NCBI GenBank assembly: GCA_002269645.1
Contig: NIVC01000136.1
Span: 1 to 64,000, forward strand
Direction of reading: 5' to 3'
Origin: Macrostomum lignano
Lineage: Eukaryota
Length of the DNA stretch: 64,000 nt
The position numbers and the translations under genes were made by a program. Each line of letters starts with the position of its first letter. Positions within the stretch are counted from its first letter, which is position 1. Positions 1-9,901 of this stretch are shown piece after piece. The notes beneath the pieces are model-generated. The model was not told the DNA's origin. It did not search any database and saw only the letters and a list, made by a program, of their open reading frames with translations.

Positions 1-1149
1 CGATGGTGTTCAGTTTCACGGAGAGGATTTCGATGGTTTTCAGTTGTACGGACAGGATTTTTCTGCTTCGGCGGAGAGGATCTTGAATGGATTTGGCATC
101 TTCAATTAGTCAGAGAAGAGAGTAAAGAGAAGAATGAAAAGAGAAGAGAGATGAGATGATAGAAAACAGAGTAGAAATGAGTGGAGAGATTAGACATGAC
201 AGATGGGAGAGAAGAGGGGAGTAAGGCGGGAAGCGAAGGAGAGAGAAGAGAAGAGGAGAGAGGAGATGAAGGAAGAGGATATGAGAGAGAAGATATGAGA
301 TAGAAGAGAGGAGACAGGAAGAGAAAGAGGGATAAGAGCGCACAGAGGCAATAGAAGAGAGGAAAGAGAGGAGAGAGGTGAGAGTTGAGAGGAGAGAGAT
401 GAAAGATCAGAGATCAGAGATTTGAGAGAAGAAAGTAGTGAGGAGAAAGAAGAGGTAAGATGAGAGTGCAGAGAGGAGAGAAACGAGAGGAGACAGGTGG
501 TAGAAAGGAGTGTAAAAACAGGAGATAAGAAAGGAGAGAGTGAGAGTGAGAGCATATAGGAAAGTGTAAAAGGGGAGCAGAGTAGAGAGAATAGATAAGT
601 GAGTAGAGAAGAGATATGAGAGAGGAGAGACGAGGGGAGAGAGGAGACAGGAGAAGAGTAAATTTGAAAGACCTGGGAAAGAAGATAAATAAGATAGTAC
701 AGATGAGAGGAGAGAGATGAGAGATGCAAATAGAAAAGAGATAAGTGAGAAAAGAGAGAGAGAGAGATTTGAGAAGAGAGGGGAAAAGATGAGAGAGGAA
801 AGGAAAGGGGAGAAGAAAAATGGAGAGGAGAGAAAAGAAAGCGTGACAAGAGACGGTAGTAAGGAGGGCAGAAAGATGGAAGATAAGAAAGGAGAGGGTG
901 ATATGAAAGATATGAGATATGAGAAATGAGAGCAGAGACATGAGAGTCCGAGTCTGGACAATGCCAGTGAGTTTTTGCAAATAGGGAAAACAAGATATCC
1001 GGTAATTGAAATGCATTGTAGAGGATTTGGAGATGATTTGGAAGATGGGATTCAAGTCATGGAATTTCAGCTGATGGGAGTTCTTCCCCTTCAGAATTCC
1101 AGTGATGGGAGTTCTTCCCCTTTCTCCTCCAGAGGAGGAGTTCCACTCG
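1..1149 (+). mobile_element. Non-autonomous Helitron-like tandem unit 1 (3' part only; begins before the window)
   Basis: Same module order as the following units (27-30-bp repeats, GA tract). Ends in hairpin CTCCTCC-AGA-GGAGGAG (1124-1140) + TTCCA + CTCG (1146-1149). Confidence 0.7.
110..950 (+). repeat. GA-rich near-homopurine low-complexity tract (copy 1)
   Basis: The + strand is almost all A/G. The Ser/Leu-rich and Arg/Glu-rich ORFs here are compositional artefacts. Confidence 0.9.
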
Positions 1150-2020
1150 TATATACTAAAGTTGACGCGTTGTTTGTCTGTCTGTGTGTCATTTCGACAA
1201 CTCCTCCTTGAATAGTGCAACTCAGCGTTGAAACTTATATAGGAAGATTGGAAATTATCCGAGGTCGGCTATAGGCTATTTTAATTCTGAAATTTTAATT
1301 TCTAAGATCCTCAAAAAAGCAGAAAACGGCGGTCTTGACCTTTAATAATCTTAATTGTCCCTCTTTCTGCTTGGAGCTGAAAAATGCATGAATTTTTAGT
1401 GATTGCGCCAAACTTTTCCCTATCTCTGTAGTGTATTTTCTTTCCAGTGGGGGGTGGGAGCGTTCTCAGTGGCTGCGTGTGTACACTTGGACCCTGGCTC
1501 ACTGGCTGACTTTATAGATAATTGCGCAATGATATGGCTACTGATAAGTTTTCCTGCCTTTCAATGGGCAGTCCTGTGTATTTGTTGGACATTGAAATTC
1601 AATGCATCAACTTTCAAGCAGGCAGTGAACGTACACTCGATACTTCAATGCTATAAATCAGACAGTTTCAAACGCTAACTGTTCCTCGAGTTTTAAACTT
1701 TGAGAGGAGAAACTTATATTGCTGGCAAGATCTTGCAACGCTGAGTTCGGGGATATAAGTTGTTTGCTTTAAATATGAAAAGAAAAAGCACAGCTTTAAC
1801 TTTCTGCAAAGATTGTACTTTAATCTGCAAAGATTGTTGGGGGGAGGGTTCAACTTCTCACTGCTGCTGTGTATTGGAGGGTCGATTTAGATTGCGCAAT
1901 GTTTTTGTTAACTTTACCTGAGGCTGATACTGACTGACTGTGAAATCGGTTGCGCAATGAATTGATACAATTAGTTCAATATTTTTATCTGTGCCTTTTA
2001 ACACGAAGCTGTGCGTAGTT

Positions 2021-2054
2021 CTAACCCTAACCCTAACCCTAACCCTAACCCTAA
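2021..2054 (-). repeat. Interstitial telomere-type (TTAGGG)n tract, ~5.7 copies
   Basis: CTAACCCTAACCCTAACCCTAACCCTAACCCTAA on +. Confidence 0.9.
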
Positions 2055-2129
2055 TGAATCTGGCGAGTTGAGTTGTTTGACGGAAAAAATTCGATTAAGT
2101 CAAGTTTAGCGGAGACGATTTCAATGTTT

Positions 2130-2400
2130 AAATTCTGACGGAGAAGATTTCTGTTTCGTGGAGAGGATTTCGATGATGTTCAGTTTCACGAAAGGATTTC
2201 CATGGTGTTCAGTTTCACGGAGAGGATTTCGATCATGTTCAGCTTCACGGAGAGGCTTTCTGTTTCGCGGAGATAATTTATGATTGATTTCTGTTTTATG
2301 GAAACAATTTTGATGGATTTAAGTTTCAAGGAGAGGATTTCGAAGGAGTCCAGTTTCACTGAGAGGATTTCGATGGTTTTTAGTTGCACAGACAGGATTT
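2130..2400 (+). repeat. Degenerate ~30-bp minisatellite (CAGTTTCACGGAGAGGATTTCGATGGTGTT)
   Basis: Tandem copies directly after the TAACCC tract. Equivalent arrays lie at 1-60, ~4770-4930 and ~7170-7610. Confidence 0.85.
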
Positions 2401-2444
2401 TTCTTCGCGGAGAGGATCTTGATGGATTTGGCATCTTCAATCAG

Positions 2445-3150
2445 TCAGAGAAGAGAGTAAAGAGAAGACTGAAAAGAGAAGAGAGAAGAGATGATAGAAA
2501 ACAGAGTATAATTGAGTGGAGAGATTAGACATGACAGATTGGAGATGATAGGAGAGAGAATAGATGAGGGATAAGAGCGTACAGAGGCAATAGAAGAGAG
2601 GGAGAGTAGAGGAGAAAGAAAGAGTGAGATGAGGAGATGAGGGATGAGAGAGGAGGGGAGAGAGGAGACAGGAGAGAGTACAGACGAAAGACTAGGGAGA
2701 AGATATAAATAAGGTAGTAAAGATGAGAGGAGAGAGAGGAGAGAGAAGCGAAAGGAGAAGAGAGTGAGGAGAGAGGAGAGAGATGAAAGGAGCAAGGAAA
2801 GGAGAAAAGAGAGAATGGAGAGAATAGAAAAGAGAGAAGAGAAGAGACAGGGGATAGTGAAAAGGAGGAAGAAAGATGGGAGACAAGAAAGTAGTGTCAG
2901 AGCGTATATGAAATATGAGAAATGAGAGCAGAGAGAAGAGAAAAGAGAAGAGAGAGAGAGGGTTAAGAGAGACGATAGATAAGTGAGTAGAGATGACATA
3001 TGAGAGAGGAGAGAAGAGGGAGAGATAAGAGTGAAGAGAGGAGACAGAAGACAGGAGAAGGTACAGACGAAAGACGAGGGAGAAGAGATAAATAAGGGAG
3101 CAGGGGTAGAGATGAGATGAGAGAGAGGAGAGAGGAGATATGAGAGACTT
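2445..3150 (+). repeat. GA-rich tract (copy 2)
   Basis: Near-homopurine; nearly identical to 7640-8345. Confidence 0.9.
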
Positions 3151-4693
3151 GAGAGTCTTTGAGCTAGGTCTTTGAAAGATTTTGTAAAGAATTTGGAGAC
3201 GATTTGGAAGATAGGGTTAAAGACATGGAATTTCAGTTGATGGATATTTCAGGGAATAGAATTCCGGTGATGGGAGTTCTTCCCCTTTCTCCTCCGAAGG
3301 AGGAGTTCCACTCGTATATACTTAAGTTGACGCGTTGTTTGTCTGTCTGTCTGTCATTTCGACAACTCCTCCTTGAATAGTGGCAACTCAGCGTTGAAAC
3401 TTATATGGGAAGATTGGAAATTATCCGAGGTCGGCTATAGGCTATTTTAATTCTGAAATTTTAATTTCTAAGATCCTCAAAAAAGCAGAAAACGGCGGTC
3501 TTGACCTTTGATAATCTTAATTGTCCCCTCTTTCTGCTCGGAGCTGAAAATTTGCATGAATTTTAAGTGATTGCGCCATAAAATTTTGCTACCTTGGCAG
3601 TGTATTTTCTCTCCAGTGGGGGGATGGGGCGTTCTAAATGGCTGCATGTGTACAATCGGACCCTGGCTCACCGGCTGACTTTATAGACAATTGCGCAAAG
3701 ATTTGTGTTCTAATTTTCAATAGGCAGCCCTGTGATTTTGTTGAACGTTGAAATTCAATGCATAAACTTGCGGGCCTCTTTAGCAGGCAGTGAACGTACA
3801 ATCGATATTTCAATGCTTTAAATCAGAAAGTTTCAAACGCTAACTGTTGCTCGAGTTTTTAACTTTGAGAGAAAAAATTAATATTGCTGGAAAGAACTTG
3901 CAAAGCTGATTTCAGGGATATAAATTGTTTGCTTTAAATATGAAAAGAAAAAGCACAGCATTGAAAAAACTATTTCCATACTTTTAACTTTCTGCAAAAA
4001 TTGTACTCAGTTTTGCGAGACGTAATAGATAAAGTTTGGGGGAGGGTTCAACTTCTCACTGCTGCTGTGTATTGGAGGGTTGATTTAGATTGCGCAATGT
4101 TTTTGTTAACTTTAACTGAGACTGATACTGACTGACTGTGAAATCGGTTGCGCCATCAAATTGTTTTATTATCTGTGCCTTTCAATAGGCTGCCCTCTGT
4201 AATAGCCAGCCTGTGTAATGAATGAATAAATTTGCGAGCCTCTTTGGCAGGCAGTGAACGTACACGCGATATTTCAATGCCTTAAAACGGGAACTTTCAA
4301 ACGCTAACTGCTCTTCGAGTTCTAAACTTTAAGAGAAGATACTTATCCTGCTGAAAAGATCTTGCAACGCTGAGTTCGAGGATATAAATTGTTTGCTATA
4401 AATATAAAGACTAAAAGAGCAGCATCAAAAAAACTATTTCCATACTTTTAGCTTTATGCAAAGATTGTACTCATTTTTTGGTTCAATGCCCCCAACAGTT
4501 CGGCGTTCAATTTCTAACTGCTACTGCGTATTGAAAAGAGGTCGGTCTCTGTGTACTGGAGGGTTGATTTAGATTGCGCAATCTTTTTGTTAACTTTAAC
4601 TGAGACTGATACTGACTGACTGAGAAATCGGTTGCGCAATCAATTGATTCAATTGGTTCAATTTTTATTTGAACACGCAGCTGTGTGTAGCTT

Positions 4694-4728
4694 TAACCCT
4701 AACCCTAACCCTAACAATAACCCTAACC
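4694..4728 (-). repeat. Interstitial (TTAGGG)n tract, one interrupted copy
   Basis: TAACCCTAACCCTAACCCTAACAATAACCCTAACC on +. Confidence 0.88.
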
Positions 4729-4964
4729 AATGAATCCTGATATTTATTTTTTTTGACGGAGAAAATTTCGATTGAGTCCAGTTTAAAAGAGAGAATTTCG
4801 ATGGTTTTCAGTTTCACGGAAAGGATTTCGATGGTTTTCAGTTTCACGGAAAGGATTTCGAAGGAGTCCAGTTTCACGGAGAGGATTTCGATGGTTTTCA
4901 GTTGCACGGACAGGATTTCTGCTTCGCGGAGAGGATCTTGATGGATTTGGCATCTTCAATCAGT

Positions 4965-5965
4965 CAGAGAAAAGAGTAAAGAGAAGAATGAAAGCAGAAG
5001 AGAGATGAGATGATAGAAAACAGAGTAGAAATAAGTGGAGATATTAGACATGACAGATTGGAGAGAAGAGGGGATTTAGGCGGGAACGAAGAGGGAGAGA
5101 GAAGAAAAGAGGAGAGAGGAGAGAAAATAGATTAGGGATAAGAGCGTACAGAGAAAATAGAAGAGAGGGGAGAGTAGAGGAGAAAGAAAGAGTGAGATGA
5201 GGGGATGAGGGATGAGAGAGGAGGGGAGACAGGAGAGACAAGAAAAGAGAAAAGAGGGGAGAAAGGAGAAAGGAGAGAGTAGAGACGAAGGACCAGTTAG
5301 AAGATATAAATACGGTAGTAGAGATGAGAGGAGAGATAGGAGAGAGAAGCGAGAGAAGAAGCGAGAGGAGAAGAGAAAGAGGAGAGAGGAGAGAGATGAA
5401 ATAGATAAGAGAGTTAAGAGAGGAAAGTAGTGAGGAGAGGAGAGATGAGAGATGCGATGATAAGAGATGAGTGAGAACATAAGAGAGAAGAGAGAAGAGA
5501 TTAGAGAAGAGAGGGGAGAAGATAAAAGGAGCAAGGGGAGGAGAAAAGAGAGAATGGAGAGGATAGAAAAGAGAGAAGAGAAGAGACAGGGAAAAGTGAA
5601 AAGGAGGAAAGAAAGATTGGAGACAAGTAAGTGGAGTGTGAGAGCGTATATGAGATATGAGAAATGAGAGCAGAGAGGAAAGAAAAGAGAAGAGAGAGAG
5701 GGTTAAGAGAGACGATAGATAAGTGAATAGGGATGACATATAAAAGAGGAGAGAAGAGGGAGAGATAAGAGAGAAGAGAGAAGACAGGAGACAGAAGTGA
5801 AGAGGAGAGATATGAGAGAAGAGAGGAGACAAGAGACAGGAGAGGGTACAGACGAAAGACGAGGGTGAAGACATAAATAAGGGAGTACGGGTAGAGATGA
5901 GATGAGAGAGAGGAGAGAGAAGCGAGTCACGATAATAGCACAGAGTGGAGAGAGTAGATATGAGA
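4965..5965 (+). repeat. GA-rich tract (copy 3)
   Basis: Near-homopurine; homologous to the other copies. Confidence 0.9.
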
Positions 5966-7077
5966 GACGTGAGAGTCTTTGAGCTATGGTCTTTGAAAGG
6001 TTTTCTAAAGAATTTGGAGACGATTTGGAAGATAGGGTTCAAGACATGGAATTTCAGTTGATGGATATTTCAGGGAATGGAATTCCGGTGATGGGAGTTC
6101 TTCCCCTTTCTCCTCCGAAGGAGGAGTTCCACTCTCTATCTATATATACTAAAGTTGACGCGTTGTTTGTCTGTCTGTCTGTGTGTCTGTCTGTCATTTC
6201 GACAACTCCTCCTTGAATAGTGGCAACTCAGCGTTGAAACTTATATGGGAAGATTGGAAATTATCCGAGGTCGGCTATAGGCTATTTTAATTCTGAAATT
6301 TTAATTTCTAAAATCCTCAAAAAAGCAGAAAACGGCGGTCTTGACCTTTGATAATCTTAATTGTCCCCTCTTTCTGCTTGGAGCTGAAAATTTGCATGAA
6401 TTTCAAGTGATTGCGCCACAACTTTTCCCTATCTCTGCAGTGTATTTTCTCTCCAGTGGGGGATGGGGCGTTCTAAATGGCTGCCTGTGTACAATCGGAC
6501 CCTGGCTCACTGGCTGACTGTATAGACAATTGCGCAAAGATTTGTGTTCTAATTTTCAATAGGCGGCCCTGTGATTTTGTTGAACGTTGAAATTCAATGC
6601 ATAAACTTGCGGGCCTCTTTAGCAGGCAGTGAACGTACAATCGATATTTCAATGCTTTAAATCAGAAAGTTTCAAACGCAAACTGTTGCTCGAGTTTTTA
6701 ACTTTGAGAGAAAAAATTTATATTGCTGGAAAGAACTTGCAAAGCTGATTTCAGGGATATAAATTGTTTGCTTCAAATATGAAAACTAAAAGCTCTGCAT
6801 TGCAAAAACTATTTCCATACTTTAAACTTTCTGCAAAGATTGTACTCATTTTGGCGAGAGGTGAGAGATAAAGTTGGGGGTTTCGACTTCCAACTGGCGC
6901 TGTGTATAGGAAGGGGGTCAGTTGCTTTGTATTGGAGGGTTGATTTAGATTGCGCAATGTTTTTGTTAACTTTAACTGAGACTGATACTGACTGACTGTG
7001 AAATCGGTTGCGCAATGAATTGATTCAATTAGTTCAATAGTTTATCAGTGCCTTTTAACACGAAGCTGTGCGTAGTT

Positions 7078-7101
7078 CTAACCCTAACCCTAACCCTAAC
7101 C
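7078..7101 (-). repeat. Interstitial (TTAGGG)n tract, ~4 copies
   Basis: CTAACCCTAACCCTAACCCTAACC on +. Confidence 0.88.
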
Positions 7102-7639
7102 AATGAATCCGGAGAGTTGAGTTGTTTGACGGAAAAAATTGATTGAGTCCAGTTTAGCGGAGACGATTTCAATGTTTTAATTTTGACAAAGAGGATTTCT
7201 GTTTCGTGGAGAGGATTTCGATGGTGCTCAGTTTCACGGAGAGGATTTTGATGATGTTCAGCTTCACGGAGAGGATTTCTGTTTCGCGGAGTTAAATTTA
7301 TGATTGATTTCTGCTTTATGGAGACGATTTTGATAGATTTAAGTTTCAAGGAGAGGATTTCGAAGGTGTTCAGTTTCACGGAGAGGATTTCGAAGGTGTT
7401 CAGTTTCACGGAGAGGATTTCGATGATGTTCAGCTTCACGGAGAGGATTTCTGTTTCGCGGAGATAATTTATGATTGATTTCTGTTTTATGGAGACGATT
7501 TTGATGGATTTAAGTTTCAAGGAGAGGATTTCGAAGGAGTCCAGTTTCACGGAGAGGATTTCGATGGTTTTCAGTTGCACGGACAGGATTTCTGCTTCGC
7601 GGAGAGGATCTTGATGGATTTGGCATCTTCAATCAGTCA

Positions 7640-8345
7640 GAGAAGAGAGTAAAGAGAAGACTGAAAAGAGAAGAGAGAAGAGATGATAGAAAACAGAGTA
7701 TAATTGAGTGGAGAGATTAGACATGACAGATTGGAGATGATAGGAGAGAGAATAGATGAGGGATAAGAGCGTACAGAGGCAATAGAAGAGAGGGGAGAGT
7801 AGAGGAGAAAGAAAGAGTGAGATGAGGAGATGAGGGATGAGAGAGGAGGGGAGAGAGGAGACAGGAGAGAGTACAGACGAAAGACTAGGGAGAAGATATA
7901 AATAAGGTAGTAAAGATGAGAGGAGAGAGAGGAGAGAGAAGCGAAAGGAGAAGAGAGTGAGGAGAGAGGAGAGAGATGAAAGGAGCAAGGAAAGGAGAAA
8001 AGAGAGAATGGAGAGAATAGAAAAGAGAGAAGAGAAGAGACAGGGGATAGTGAAAAGGAGGAAGAAAGATGGGAGACAAGAAAGAAAGTAGAGTGTGAGA
8101 GCGTATATGAGATATCAGAAATGAGAAGCAGATAGGAGAGAAAAGAGAAGAGAGAGAGGGGTAAGAGAGACGATAGATAAGTGAGTAGAGATGACATATG
8201 AGAGAGGAGAGAAGAGGGAGAGATAAGAGTGAAGAGAGGAGACAGAAGACAGGAGAAGGTACAGACGAAAGACGAGGGAGAAGAGATAAATAAGGGAGCA
8301 GGGGTAGAGATGAGATGAGAGAGAGGAGAGAGGAGATATGAGAGA
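7640..8345 (+). repeat. GA-rich tract (copy 4)
   Basis: Near-homopurine; nearly identical to 2445-3150. Confidence 0.9.
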
Positions 8346-8513
8346 CTTGAGAGTCTTTGAGCTATGGTCTTTGAAAGATTTTGTAAAGAATTTGGAGACG
8401 ATTTGGAAGATAGGGTTAAAGACATGGAATTTCAGTTGATGGATATTTCAGGGAATAGAATTCCGGTGATGGAAGTTCTTCCCCTTTCTCCTCCGAAGGA
8501 GGAGTTCCACTCG

Positions 8514-9901
8514 TATATACTAAAGCTGACGTCGTGGTCCGGTGGTAGGGTGGGCCGGTGGGCCGGGTTTGTCGACGATCTCCTCCTAGGATTCTTGCAA
8601 CTCAACTTTCAAACCGGTACCAAAACATGTCAAATGTCCCGACGATGCTACAATTTAAAATTCATTTTCAAATTTCAATTTTAAGTGCTTCAAAAAAGCA
8701 GAAAACAGCACAAACCAGACAGCCAGACCAGATGTCTATATATCGCATTCCATGGACTTCCCACTTGACGCTATTTTGTATGGTTGCGCCACAACTTTTC
8801 TCCTATCTCTGCAGTGTATTTCATTTCAGCTGGGGGAGGGTCGCCGGCACTTGAGAATTGGCGGCCTACTTGCTCAGTGTTAAAAAGGGGTGGAGGTGCA
8901 CACTGCGCGAGAATTGATGGCTTGATTTTTTTAACTCATCACAGAGTGTACATTGCGCTCTGCAAGTAAGAAACGGGAAAACTTGCACCTTAATTTCTGC
9001 TTTTAATTTTCAAGCTACAGAAAAGTGAATCACACCGTTGGAAAGAGTTTGAAAAACTGAACAAAATGGTATAATTTTCTGTTCCGAAATCTCAACTGCA
9101 TCAGAGCAATTTGTCATAGAAAATTTCTTGATTTCAATTGTGAAAACGTTAAGTGGCTGGGGAGGGGTTTCATTAATTTCAATTCTGACTGTGCAATGCA
9201 CAAGTCTAGACTCTCCCTGTGCATTTGGGGAGGTGCATGGGCTATAGACTGATTTTCATATTGAGTGATTGGCTGGAGATAATATTGAGATTAAATAAAT
9301 GAATCACCGCAGTGTACACAGTCCAAATAGCGAAAGCTCATTGATTTTTCAACTCTCCTATGATTGAATTCCATATAAACTGATGCTTCTCAAGTCAAAG
9401 TCTTCATAACTTTTTTTTCATTTAGGTTCTAGCTTTCTCATAGCTTCTCATTTCTTCTTTAATTATTCCCGATGTCAATTTCAAACACTGATGTGCTTTT
9501 CATGGTCTCTACTGCTTTTCGTCTTGACAGGTTGCTTCGGATTGTGCTGTCTGATTATTTTATGTATATAATATGTAAATATAATTTTATTAAACACTGC
9601 CATTAGTTTTGCATTGAATAGACTTGATCTTTACACTGTACGCCTGCAAGTAACAAGGCCGACATAAATGAATAAATTCGGCTAAATGCAGTGTACATTT
9701 GTGAGAACCGGGCTGCGACAGTGATGGCGCAATGCATATGCATCAACGGGGGCAGGCGATCGTTTCAGTAGCTCAATTTCGCTGGCCCAAGAGCTAGGGT
9801 TAGGGTTACGATATGGAGTTCTGCAGATTCAACATTCCAACCATGGGATTCCGGGGATTTCAATTCAGCGGATTTCTCCTCCAACGGAGGAGTTCCACTC
9901 G
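8514..9901 (+). mobile_element. Non-autonomous Helitron-like unit 5 (different interior, same termini)
   Basis: Starts TATATACTAAAG. The first ~350 bp are homologous to the other units. Ends in hairpin CTCCTCC-AAC-GGAGGAG (9876-9892) + TTCCA + CTCG. Confidence 0.65.

Larger units (their letters stand above)
1150..3314 (+). mobile_element. Non-autonomous Helitron-like tandem unit 2 (~2.17 kb)
   Basis: Starts TATATACTAAAG...TGTCTGTCTG, a Helitron-type 5' signature also seen at the 5' end of the coding Helitron (23774, - strand). Ends in hairpin 3289-3305 + TTCCA + CTCG. Confidence 0.72.
3315..6134 (+). mobile_element. Non-autonomous Helitron-like tandem unit 3 (~2.8 kb, with an internal ~0.5-kb module duplication)
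   Basis: Same termini (hairpin 6110-6126). The module at ~3720-4160 is repeated at ~4190-4660. Confidence 0.72.
6135..8513 (+). mobile_element. Non-autonomous Helitron-like tandem unit 4 (~2.38 kb)
   Basis: Starts TCTATCTATATATACTAAAG...TGTCTGTCTG. Ends in hairpin 8488-8504 + TTCCA + CTCG (8510-8513). Confidence 0.72.

Noticed and set aside
110-8425. Long Ser/Leu-rich (-) and Arg/Glu/Lys-rich (+) ORFs up to 332 aa
   Set aside because: Artefacts of CT/GA low-complexity tracts that lack stop codons; several overlapping frames are open at once and there is no domain signal.
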